In this document: positions 53,608 to 62,520 of the stretch, in pieces
Position numbering within the stretch: position 1 is the first letter of the stretch
Layout: each line of letters opens with the position of its first letter
Assembly: GCA_031409275.1 (NCBI GenBank)
Contig: JANNXA010000010.1
Location: forward strand, 196,040 to 260,039
Length of the DNA: 64,000 nt
Direction of reading: 5' to 3'
Source of the DNA: Planctomycetota bacterium
Lineage (GTDB): Bacteria > Planctomycetota > B15-G4 > SIAN01
Position numbers and translations under genes: made by a program
The notes under the pieces: model-generated
Databases searched by the model: none
Told to the model about the DNA's origin: nothing
The model's input: the letters and a program-made list of their open reading frames with translations, nothing else

Positions 53608-54299
53608 ACGATCGATCGATGGCGGGCGGAATGGACGAGAACGAGAAGCGCACGAACGACGCCGACGAGCTGATGGCGGCGGTGGTCGCCGGCGACATCG
53701 TGCGCAACGATCCGCGCGTCGAAGCGCTGCCGGCAAAGCAGCGCGCCCAACTCGACGCGCTGCTGCGCACTCAGGCGCGGCTCGACGAGGCGGCCGAGGA
53801 CGAGCAGGCGTTGCTGGCCGAGATCGAGCGCGGCGACGTCGCGCCGACCGCCGCGACGCCCGGCCCGCGCCGACTCGCCTCGACGTTCTGGCTGCGCGCC
53901 GCGGGCATCGCCGCGATGGCGGCGGGCCTGCTGCTGCTGGCCCAGACGCTGCGCACGACCGATCCGGTCACGCCGATCGGCAGCGGTCAGCTCGGAAGCG
54001 AAGTCGCCATCGAACTGCTCGCGCCGCGCGGCGCCGTCGACGCCTTCGCGCCGTTCCGATGGCAAATGGCCGACGCGCCGCCGCTCTCGCGCTTCGTGCT
54101 GCTGATCTGGGATGGCGGCGGTGCGGCGCCCGAAGCAGGTGGCCGTCCGCTGATCGAACGCGACGTCGATGGGACGCAATGGACGCCCGCCGCCGGCGAT
54201 CCGCCGCTGCCCGATCGCATCGCGTGGCGCGTCGATCTCCGGCCGCTCGATGGAGCGCGCCAGCGCGGGCCGGTGGAGAGCGCTTGGCGGGATCGCTGA
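53604..54299 (+). CDS. Putative single-pass anti-sigma factor with extracytoplasmic beta-sandwich domain
   Basis: ATGA overlap with the sigma gene; helical N-terminus, TM FWLRAAGIAAMAAGLLLLA, then LLAPRG...FRWQ...FVLLIWD...WRVDL. Confidence 0.7.
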   Translation: MNDRSMAGGMDENEKRTNDADELMAAVVAGDIVRNDPRVEALPAKQRAQLDALLRTQARLDEAAEDEQALLAEIERGDVAPTAATPGPRRLASTFWLRAAGIAAMAAGLLLLAQTLRTTDPVTPIGSGQLGSEVAIELLAPRGAVDAFAPFRWQMADAPPLSRFVLLIWDGGGAAPEAGGRPLIERDVDGTQWTPAAGDPPLPDRIAWRVDLRPLDGARQRGPVESAWRDR

Positions 54300-56794
54300 G
54301 AGCAGCGCCACTCCGTTCGCTCCTCCTCGCGGCAGCGACCGCGACGGGTGGTGGAATGGTGTATTCGCGGGAAACGGCGCAAGCGGAGCCGCAACTCCAG
54401 CAACAGGGCGCGCCGCAGGAGCTGCTCGACGAGTGCCGGCTGCGGCTCGCCGATCCGCTGGCGAAGACGGTCGACTTCGAGCAGCTCGCCTATCGGCTGG
54501 TGAACGATCTCCTGTACGACGAGAACTTCCTGGCACAGGTCGATCTGCCGGCGTTGCTCGACCAGCTGAAGCGCGAAGGGCGGGCCGTCGCGCGGCGTGC
54601 GGGCGGCGCCTACCCGCTCACCTTCGACTACGAACTGGCCAATGCCGCGCTGCTGGCGGGCCACGCGACTCTCGCCGGCGAGCTGCTCACCGAAGCACTC
54701 CCGCAATGGCCCGACGACGTCGGACTCCTGGCGCTGGCCGCCGAGCAGGCGATGGCGACGGGCCACTGGAATCTCGCGCGCCAGCACCTCGAACGCGGCC
54801 GCACGATCACGGCGGCGCAGGAGGCCCCCGGCAGCATCGACCGAGTGATGAGCGCGACACTCAAACTCGAACAGATCCTCTTCGACGTCCGCCTCGGCCG
54901 CGCCGACCGCGCGCTGCTGGAGCTGGACGCGCTGCTGAAACGCGGCGGCGAGCCGGCCGAGATCAGGCGCGCCGCCCAAGCGCGAAAGATCGATCTCCTC
55001 CTGCTGGTCGATCGCGCTGACGACGCGCTGGCCGCCATCGACGCGGTGCCACAAGAGGAGTTCAGCGCCGACCTCGCCGCCACTCGCGTCATCGCCCAGT
55101 CGGCCGTGGCGAACCGTGACGACGTCGACGCGACCTTGCTGCTCGACCAGCTCGAAGCGCTCCCTCACCAGCAAGGCATCAGCAAGACGCCGGTGCTGAT
55201 CGCAAGGCTCGCCGCGGCGGAGCTGGCGCTGCGAATCGGGCAGCCCGATCGGGCGCGCGCGGCGATCGACGCCATGGCCACCGAGCTGCCGCGCCAGGCG
55301 GCCGCGAACGGCCTCTTCCTGCGCGAGCGCGCATGGGCGCGGGCGATCGAGGGACGACTCGGACGCCCGGACGCGACGTCGACCGAGCGCCCCGGCGCAA
55401 CCGCCTTCGCGATGCTGCTCGACGAGTGGCGCATGACGCCGCTGCTGCCTGGCGGCATCTCCTTCCTGCGCAGCGGCGCGCGCCGCCTGGTGATCCACGC
55501 GGCGTTGGCGGCCGCCGGCGACGACCTCGCCGCGTTCGAGCTGCTGCTCGCCGCGCAGACGATGGGGTCGCTCGCGCGGCAGCTCGAACTGCCGGCGCCG
55601 ACGTTGCCCGAACTGCGCCGTGAGCTGCTCGCTGCCGGCGAAGTGCTGCTGACCTGGTTGCCGACGACCGACGCGACCCACCTCTTCCTGGTCGACGCGA
55701 CGCGCGTGCGCCACTTCACGCTCCCTTCCGAACGGGAGACGCGCGACGTCGCCAACGCGCTGGCGTCGGCGCGCGGCGTCGAGGCGCGCCGCCCTCACCT
55801 CGCGGCGCTGGCCGCCGCGCTGCTGCCCGATGAGGTTCGCGTCGCACTGGCCGGCGCACGCCATGCGTGGCTCTGCGGCAGCGAGCTGCTGGAGGGCGTG
55901 CCGCTGCTCGAACTGGAGGTGGCGCCTGGCGTGCGGCTGGGCGCGCAGCTGCCGATCGCGGAACTCCCCTCGTTGCCGGTCGCACTCTGGCTGCGGCGCC
56001 GTCCGCGCGCGACTCGCGAGGCGGGCATCGATGCGTGGGTCGGACCCGAGACGAGCCTCAACGGAAAGGCGCGCTTCACCTTCGATCGCGAGAAGTTCGC
56101 GGAGACGGTGCCGACCCTCCGCTACGTCGAAGGCGACGGCAGCGCTGCCGGCGAACGCTCCTCGTTCGGCCAGGAGCTCGGCCGCCGGCTGGCGCATGAC
56201 GTCGGCCTGTTCGTGGCGCATGGCGTCATCGATCGCCACCGCGACCGTTTCGCTGGGCTGCTGCTCCTGGGCGGCGACGACCCCGAGCGCACCGTGGCGT
56301 GGGCCGACGCATTCGAGCGCGCGACGCTGCCTCCCTTCCTGGTGATGGCCGCGTGCTCGGCCGGCGAGGCGCCCAATCGCATCGGCGAGGATGGTGGCGA
56401 GCATCTCGGCGGCGCGGCGCTGATCGGCGGCGCGCGCTGCGTCGTGCTGGGCCGCGGGATGCTCAGCGCGGGCGAGACGTTGCCCGAGCTGGTCACGCTG
56501 CTGCGCGGCGTCACCGCGGGCGAACCGCCGGCAACCGCGCTGTGGCAAGCGCGCCGCGAGCGGCCAGCAGACCAGCCCTTCGTCGGCCTGGCGGTGATCG
56601 GGCTCGGCGACGAGCCGTTGCGCGAACGCAGCGGCGACGACGAGTGCCCGGCGCTCTTTCCCAACGCGATCGCAGGCGCGGCACATCGCGGCATCGGCGG
56701 CTCATCCATCGCGAGGGTCGGCGCGGCGCTCTTGCTGCTCGGCGGCGGGTGGCTGCTGCTGGCGAGCGGCCGGCGGCGAGCGGCGCAGCGCTGA
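54284..56794 (+). CDS. TPR-like and CHAT (caspase-like) domain protein with signal-like N-terminus and C-terminal TM anchor
   Basis: TTG start after GGAGAG (inferred). CHAT motifs LEGVPLLEL, FVAHGV (His), VMAACSAG (Cys), GARCVVLG, PATALWQAR. C-terminus VGAALLLLGGGWLLLASGRRR. Confidence 0.82.
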   Translation: MAGSLRAAPLRSLLLAAATATGGGMVYSRETAQAEPQLQQQGAPQELLDECRLRLADPLAKTVDFEQLAYRLVNDLLYDENFLAQVDLPALLDQLKREGRAVARRAGGAYPLTFDYELANAALLAGHATLAGELLTEALPQWPDDVGLLALAAEQAMATGHWNLARQHLERGRTITAAQEAPGSIDRVMSATLKLEQILFDVRLGRADRALLELDALLKRGGEPAEIRRAAQARKIDLLLLVDRADDALAAIDAVPQEEFSADLAATRVIAQSAVANRDDVDATLLLDQLEALPHQQGISKTPVLIARLAAAELALRIGQPDRARAAIDAMATELPRQAAANGLFLRERAWARAIEGRLGRPDATSTERPGATAFAMLLDEWRMTPLLPGGISFLRSGARRLVIHAALAAAGDDLAAFELLLAAQTMGSLARQLELPAPTLPELRRELLAAGEVLLTWLPTTDATHLFLVDATRVRHFTLPSERETRDVANALASARGVEARRPHLAALAAALLPDEVRVALAGARHAWLCGSELLEGVPLLELEVAPGVRLGAQLPIAELPSLPVALWLRRRPRATREAGIDAWVGPETSLNGKARFTFDREKFAETVPTLRYVEGDGSAAGERSSFGQELGRRLAHDVGLFVAHGVIDRHRDRFAGLLLLGGDDPERTVAWADAFERATLPPFLVMAACSAGEAPNRIGEDGGEHLGGAALIGGARCVVLGRGMLSAGETLPELVTLLRGVTAGEPPATALWQARRERPADQPFVGLAVIGLGDEPLRERSGDDECPALFPNAIAGAAHRGIGGSSIARVGAALLLLGGGWLLLASGRRRAAQR

Positions 56795-56839
56795 GCACTC
56801 GAGTGCGACGCGCTCCGCGACCGTCGAGCGCCGACGAGA

Positions 56840-56874
56840 GCGCCCCGCCGCGCACGGATGGCGCGACGGGGCGC
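56840..56874. terminator. Hairpin between convergent genes
   Basis: GCGCCCCG pairs with CGGGGCGC; inner CGCGC/GCGCG. Confidence 0.4.
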
Positions 56875-56903
56875 AGAAGGTCTGCGATTCGCAAGAGCGT
56901 CCG

Positions 56904-58631
56904 CTACTGGCACTGACCCGGCGCCGGCGGCCCGTACGGAACCGACGGCGGCGTCGAGGGAGCAGTGGGCGGCGGCATGCGACGAATGCGAATGAAGCCG
57001 GCGATGCGGGTGGTCGTGCCGCACTTCGGCACCGCCTGGTAGACCGTCCAACTCGGATGGTTCTCGCCATCAGCGAGAAGAGCCTGGATGTTCTCCTCCG
57101 ACTTGTCGAAGGCGCCGATGATCGCCGGCGACGAGTCCGTCACCGCTCCGCTCTCCACCTTCACCAAGCGCGTCTGGATCACGTACATCGCGCTGGTCGG
57201 CGATGCGTAGAACTTGATCTCGACGTCGTCCGGCTCATTCGGCTCGGGTACCAGCACTTCAGCGATCAACTTGCGGCAGTAGCTGACCGGCGTCGTCGTG
57301 TAGGTCCCGTAGGTCCCGTTGTTCGCGTCGACGAAGGCGAGTCGATACACCAAAGACTCGACGAACCAGGTCGGGTCGGACGCGAGCGCGCCCGCGCTGC
57401 CCAGTCGGGCGATGACGTGCGCACGTTGCGTCGTGGGGTTGATGATCTCGCTGCATGTCTCGTCCGGAGTGAAGTCGTTCACCACCGTCAGCGCCTGCGG
57501 CACTGCCGGCGTGTCGACCAGGGCGAGCTCCTGCGTGCTGGCGAGCGGCACGACGAAGTCGTCGTAGCGATCGCCGCCGAGATCGCCGACGCACGGGCGC
57601 ACCGCCGGGGTCGCGCCCGAACCGCCAAGATCGAACGCGATCTGGGTGCCGTACTGGAAGGGCGCCCCGCCGGAGGTCTGCTGCGGGAAGAGCCACAAGG
57701 CGCTTTCGCCGCCGCGCATCACCGCGAGGTCCGTCGACGTGTCGTCATTGAAGCGGCCGGCCGCCATCGCGCCGAAGGCGTCGCTGGTCGTGAAGCAGAG
57801 CGCGGCACCGCCGAGGTCGATGACGAAGAGGTAGCGCGTCGCATCGCCGGGAGTCGCGGTCGCTGCCGTGAACCACGCCACGCGGTCGTTGGTCTCGGAG
57901 GCCTCGTTGCGGCGAACCAGGGCCATCGAGTCGAGGTCGGGGCGCACCGACGAGGAGGTCGACAGCACCGTGCCGCCGGCCGAGAGGATGCGCAACGCCG
58001 CCTGGTCGTTGATCACCAGTTCCGGCTCAACCGAGTTGGCGTTGAACTCGCCCGCCGCGAGGTTCTTCACGTCGCTGGCCGCGGTCCACTCGAAGCGCCG
58101 CGTGTTGGCCCAGGTCCCGTTCGACTGCTGGATCTTGGCGTCAGTGCTGCGGCCGTTGGCCAGCAGCACGAGGAGGTCGTCATCGCCATCGTTGTCGAGG
58201 TCGGCGACCACGACACGCTTGGCGTTCTGCCACGCCGACGTCGTGTCGACCGCGGTGAAGAGCGGTCCGGTGGCCGTCTCTTTCATGGTCCACAGGCCGT
58301 CGGAAGCCGCCAGCACCAGCAGGTCGCGATCTCCGGCGACTGCCTGGCCGTCGACCGTGAGCGTCGCCACATCGTTGACGTTCCCGGTCGTGGCGATCAC
58401 CGATCCGCCGCCGGAGACGGCCGCTGCATCGAACTGGACCAGATGGTTCGCGCTGACGACGACCACGTCGGTCCGGTGATCCCCGCTCAGCTTGGCCATG
58501 GTGGCACCACTGAAGGGCCCGGACCCAGGGTTGCCCGAGGGCCAAGGAAGCAGTTCGACCACCTGTCCGAGCGCCGGCGGCGCCAAGCCCGCCACAGCGC
58601 AAAGACCCAAGAAGCTGAAGGGACGTCGCAT
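56904..58631 (-). CDS. Secreted FG-GAP/VCBS-repeat beta-propeller protein with C-terminal extra domain
   Basis: Signal MRRPFSFLGLCAVAGLAPPALG; repeats VADLDNDGDDDLLV, AGRFNDDTSTDLAV, VGDLGGDRYDDFVV. Confidence 0.8.
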   Translation of the reverse strand: MRRPFSFLGLCAVAGLAPPALGQVVELLPWPSGNPGSGPFSGATMAKLSGDHRTDVVVVSANHLVQFDAAAVSGGGSVIATTGNVNDVATLTVDGQAVAGDRDLLVLAASDGLWTMKETATGPLFTAVDTTSAWQNAKRVVVADLDNDGDDDLLVLLANGRSTDAKIQQSNGTWANTRRFEWTAASDVKNLAAGEFNANSVEPELVINDQAALRILSAGGTVLSTSSSVRPDLDSMALVRRNEASETNDRVAWFTAATATPGDATRYLFVIDLGGAALCFTTSDAFGAMAAGRFNDDTSTDLAVMRGGESALWLFPQQTSGGAPFQYGTQIAFDLGGSGATPAVRPCVGDLGGDRYDDFVVPLASTQELALVDTPAVPQALTVVNDFTPDETCSEIINPTTQRAHVIARLGSAGALASDPTWFVESLVYRLAFVDANNGTYGTYTTTPVSYCRKLIAEVLVPEPNEPDDVEIKFYASPTSAMYVIQTRLVKVESGAVTDSSPAIIGAFDKSEENIQALLADGENHPSWTVYQAVPKCGTTTRIAGFIRIRRMPPPTAPSTPPSVPYGPPAPGQCQ

Positions 58632-58826
58632 CAGTCGACTCCGAAGTTGATGGCGAACAGCCAGATCAGGGAAGCCCCGCAGGTGCATTTGTGTTCGACC
58701 GCGGTCACTTCGTCAAGCCGCTCGGTGAAAAGGCGGGCAACGAACTCCCGATCGTGACAACCGCCTGCTCGGCGGCCCAGACGCGCGCCCGGGCCGATCA
58801 AGCCGCCGCGCCGCCGCGCCGCTCCT

Positions 58827-59744
58827 TCAAAGCGCTCCGCCGATCAGCTCGGCGAAGTCATCCGGCAACGGCGCTTCGAGCTCGACGCGGGCGCGCGTCT
58901 GCGGATGGGCGAAGGAGAGCTTCCAGGCGTGCAGGGCGGGGCGCCCGAACTTGAGCCGGCTGTCGCGGCCGCGGGCGTACTTGCGCTCGCCGATCAGGGA
59001 GTGGCCGATGGCGACGAAGTGGAGGCGGATCTGGTTGTGGCGACCCGTTTCGAGCTCGATCTCGATCAGGCTCGCGCGGCCGCCGGAATCGAGCGGGCGC
59101 ACCACTTTGTAGTGGGTGATCGACGGCGCCCCGCGCACGCGCACTTCCGCCTTCTTGCCGAGGTCGACGATCGGCCGCTGGATCGTGCCTTGCGCCGGCC
59201 GCGGCGTGCCGTTCACCGCGGCGAGGTAGATCTTGCGGACGGTCCGCGCACGGAACTGCTCCTCGAGCGCCGCCCGCGTCGGCTCGTCGAGCGCGAAGCA
59301 GAGCGCGCCGCTGACATCGCGATCGAGGCGATGGACCGCAAGCGCGGTCGGATGGGAGACGCGCAGCTCGGAGAGGCAGGTCTTGCCGCGATCGCCTTCC
59401 GATGGAACGCTCGAAAGGCCGGCCGGCTTCGCGATGACGACGACGCTGCCTTCCGCATAGAGGATCGGCAGGCGCGTCGACTTGGTGCCGCTTGGGATCC
59501 CGGGCACGCGCGCGTTGGCGGCGGCCGGCACGATGTCGACCGGCACGTCTTCGAGCGTCGCGACCGGCTCGGGCGGCCGCTTCTTCGGCGACGGCCGCTT
59601 GAAGCCGCGCGCACGCTCGGGGCTTGGCGGGGCCGACGGACTCGACGGCGCGGAGGACGGCGCGGAGGGAACGGGACCAGGTTTCGAGGGCGCCGAGGCG
59701 CCGTCTGCCGGCGGCTCCCACCACGGACGACGCGGACCACTCAT
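58827..59744 (-). CDS. RluA-family pseudouridine synthase
   Basis: KPAGL, VHRLDRDVSG, LETGRHNQIRLH, ALHAWKLSFAHP. Confidence 0.92.
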   Translation of the reverse strand: MSGPRRPWWEPPADGASAPSKPGPVPSAPSSAPSSPSAPPSPERARGFKRPSPKKRPPEPVATLEDVPVDIVPAAANARVPGIPSGTKSTRLPILYAEGSVVVIAKPAGLSSVPSEGDRGKTCLSELRVSHPTALAVHRLDRDVSGALCFALDEPTRAALEEQFRARTVRKIYLAAVNGTPRPAQGTIQRPIVDLGKKAEVRVRGAPSITHYKVVRPLDSGGRASLIEIELETGRHNQIRLHFVAIGHSLIGERKYARGRDSRLKFGRPALHAWKLSFAHPQTRARVELEAPLPDDFAELIGGAL

Positions 59745-61903
59745 GCAGCGCTTCCTTCCCGCAGACGTCGCTCGAGCAAGCTCATGCGCCGTTCCACCTG
59801 CCCCATCTCGATGGCGGTCTGCAACGCTCGTTGCGACCCCACCACCACCAGCACGCGCTTGGCACGCGTGATCGCGGTGTAGAGCAGGTTACGGCGCAGC
59901 AGGACGAAGTGCTGCATCGCGAGTCCGAGCACGACGACTTCGAACTCGCAGCCTTGCGATTTGTGGACCGTGATCGCCCACGACGGCTGCAGCGAACCGA
60001 CGCTCTTGCCCGGGAAACGGACCACGCGGTCGTCGAAGTCGACGGTCAGGTCGCCGCTCTTCGAATCGCGCGCCGTGACCTGCCCGATCTCGCCGTTCAT
60101 CACGTCGAGGTCGTAGTCGTTGCGCGTCTGGATCACGCGATCGCCCGGCCCGAGCAGCGCGCCGCCGGCAGGATTGTGCACCGCCCGCAGCTGCTCGTTC
60201 AGCGGGCCGACCCCCATCGGACCGCGATTCATCGGCGAAAGGACCTGCACCGCGCGCCGCGGATCGAGGCAAAGCTTCTTCGGCAGGCGCGTGGCCGCCA
60301 GCTCGACGATCGTCTTCTGCGCCGCGCCCGGATCGTCGCGCACCACGAAGAAGGCGCCGTCGTCGCCGTCGCGCGCGAACTCCGGCAGCTCGCCGCGGCG
60401 CACCGCGTGGGCGGCTCGCACGATCGAGGAGCCCTCGCGCTGCCGCAGGATCCGCTCCAGCCGCGCCACCGGCACGCGGCCGCACTCGACCAGGCTGCGC
60501 AGCACATCGCCCGGCCCGACGCTCGGCAGCTGATCGGCGTCGCCCACCAGCAGGAGCCGCGCGCCGGCCGGCAGCGCGCGCAGCAGATCGCGCAGCAACA
60601 GCAGGTCGATCATCGACGCCTCGTCGACGATCAGCACGTCGACCTCGAGCGGCTGCTCGCGGTTGCGATCGAAACGGTGGCGATGCGGGTTGAACTGCAA
60701 CAGGCGGTGCAGCGTCTGTGCCGGTCGACCGCTCGCCTCCGACAGGCGGCGCGCGGCGCGGCCGGTCGGCGCGGCCAGCGCGACCCGCAGCCCCTTGCGC
60801 TCGAAGATGGTCACCAGCGCGCGCACGATCGTCGTCTTGCCGACGCCAGGACCGCCCGTCAGCACCCCGGTCCGCTCGTTGAACAGCAGCGTGAGCGCCG
60901 CCGCCTGATCGTCGGTGAGGGAAATCGAGAGCTGCGGTCCGGCCCACGCCAGCGCGCGCGCCGCATCGATCGACTGCCGAGCGTCGACTGGGCCCAGCCG
61001 GCGCTGCACGACGGTGGCCACCTCGATCTCGGCAGCGCGCAATCGCGGCAGGAAGAGCGCGCTGTCGCCCTCCAGCGGATCGTGCGCGAGCGTCCCCTGC
61101 TCGAGCAGCACGGCCACGCGATCCTCGATCGGCCCGGTCGGCAACGAGAGGAGCGCCTGCGCGTGGCGCACCAGCGTCGTGCGCGGCAGGTAGCAGTGGC
61201 CTTCATCGGCCGCCTCCTGCAGTACATGCACCGCTCCGGCCTCGATGCGAGCGTCCGCATCGGGCGGCACGTGGAGGCGCGTCGCGATCTCATCCGCGCG
61301 GCGAAACCCGATGCCGTCGACCACCTGCGCCAGCTGCCACGGATTGGCGCGCACGCGCTGCGCGACGTCATCCCCCAGGGCGACGCGCACCTTTTCTGCG
61401 GTTGCGGCGCCAAGCCCCAGTCCCGCCAGGAACGCCTTCTGCTCGTTCTGAGCGCGTGAACGCTGCCATGCGGCGGCGACGGCGGCGATGCGCTTCTTGC
61501 CGAGGCCAGCCACTTCGCTCAGTCGCGCCGGCGCCTCCTCGAGGATGCGCAGCGTGTCGAGCCCGAACGTGTCGACGATGCGCCCCGCCAGCACCGGCCC
61601 GATCCCTTCCACCGAACCCCCGGAAAGGAAACGTCGCAGCCCGAGGTCGGTCGACGGCGGCACCCAGCGCAACGCCACGATGCGGAGCTGCCGCCCCCAC
61701 TTCGCATGTTCGAACGGGACTCCGGTGAGTCGCACCGTATCGCCGATGGCGCAGCCCGCGAGGTCGCCCGCCACCACGTGCCGCTTGCCATCGCGCGCCA
61801 GCAGTTCGGCGACGACGTAACTGCGTTCGCTGCTGGCGTAGATCTCCCGCTCGAGCAGCCCCTCGAGTTCGACCGCAGATTCAGGAGCCGCGTCGCCAGC
61901 CAT
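59741..61903 (-). CDS. recD2: ATP-dependent RecD-like helicase RecD2
   Basis: HhH motifs (GIGPVLA, GIGFRRAD), Walker A GGPGVGKTT, LAAPTGRAA, VDEASM, GDADQLPSVG, AITVHKSQGCE, LLYTAITRAK. Confidence 0.95.
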   Translation of the reverse strand: MAGDAAPESAVELEGLLEREIYASSERSYVVAELLARDGKRHVVAGDLAGCAIGDTVRLTGVPFEHAKWGRQLRIVALRWVPPSTDLGLRRFLSGGSVEGIGPVLAGRIVDTFGLDTLRILEEAPARLSEVAGLGKKRIAAVAAAWQRSRAQNEQKAFLAGLGLGAATAEKVRVALGDDVAQRVRANPWQLAQVVDGIGFRRADEIATRLHVPPDADARIEAGAVHVLQEAADEGHCYLPRTTLVRHAQALLSLPTGPIEDRVAVLLEQGTLAHDPLEGDSALFLPRLRAAEIEVATVVQRRLGPVDARQSIDAARALAWAGPQLSISLTDDQAAALTLLFNERTGVLTGGPGVGKTTIVRALVTIFERKGLRVALAAPTGRAARRLSEASGRPAQTLHRLLQFNPHRHRFDRNREQPLEVDVLIVDEASMIDLLLLRDLLRALPAGARLLLVGDADQLPSVGPGDVLRSLVECGRVPVARLERILRQREGSSIVRAAHAVRRGELPEFARDGDDGAFFVVRDDPGAAQKTIVELAATRLPKKLCLDPRRAVQVLSPMNRGPMGVGPLNEQLRAVHNPAGGALLGPGDRVIQTRNDYDLDVMNGEIGQVTARDSKSGDLTVDFDDRVVRFPGKSVGSLQPSWAITVHKSQGCEFEVVVLGLAMQHFVLLRRNLLYTAITRAKRVLVVVGSQRALQTAIEMGQVERRMSLLERRLREGSAA

Positions 61904-61969
61904 GCCGCGCGGACGATAGCGGCGAGCATTGGTGACGGAGGGAAGGGGGCGAGGCGGCGGTCGCGCCGC

Positions 61970-62449
61970 TCAGCGCCCGCCGTCGCCCCCATCGTCGCAC
62001 TGGCCGAAACAGCAGCCGACGCGCTGGGTGAGATCCAGGAACGCCGGGTGGAGCGAGTCGCCGAACTCCTGCTTCAGCGTGGCGAGCGTGAAGCGAGCGT
62101 ACTGCTTCTTGGAGAACTCAGCGAAGTGGCGGTCGAGCGGGTCGTGATCGATGTAGCGGCCAAAGAAGCGGTCGCAGAAGGCGCGGTAGAGCTTCGTGTT
62201 GAGGACGAAGGCGTGCCAGAGCTTGTCGATCGACTCGACCTGCTGGACCGGCTGGCCGGGACGCGCGAACGGAATGGCGGAGAGCCACTGCAGCAGGCCG
62301 TCGAAGAGCGAGGCGGCGTCGGCGCGAGCGAGGCCGTAGTGCTGGACCGCGGTGTCGAGCACGGGGGTGTAGTCGAAGGCGGAGAGCATGGAGGCGTGGA
62401 GGGCGCGGCCGCGAGGGGCGGTATCGCGGGCGGGCGTGAGCGTAGTCAT
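61970..62449 (-). CDS. Glycine-rich-domain-containing-protein (GRDP)-like hypothetical protein
   Basis: IDKLWHAFVLNTKLYRAFCDRFFGRYIDHDP motif; Cys/Gly tail CCFGQCDDGGDGG. Confidence 0.7.
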   Translation of the reverse strand: MTTLTPARDTAPRGRALHASMLSAFDYTPVLDTAVQHYGLARADAASLFDGLLQWLSAIPFARPGQPVQQVESIDKLWHAFVLNTKLYRAFCDRFFGRYIDHDPLDRHFAEFSKKQYARFTLATLKQEFGDSLHPAFLDLTQRVGCCFGQCDDGGDGGR

Positions 62450-62520
62450 GAAGAGCTCCAAGAAATCGGCAGGTTGACGTCGATCTCGAATTGGACCGTG
62501 GAACGCGGTGCGGGACGCCG

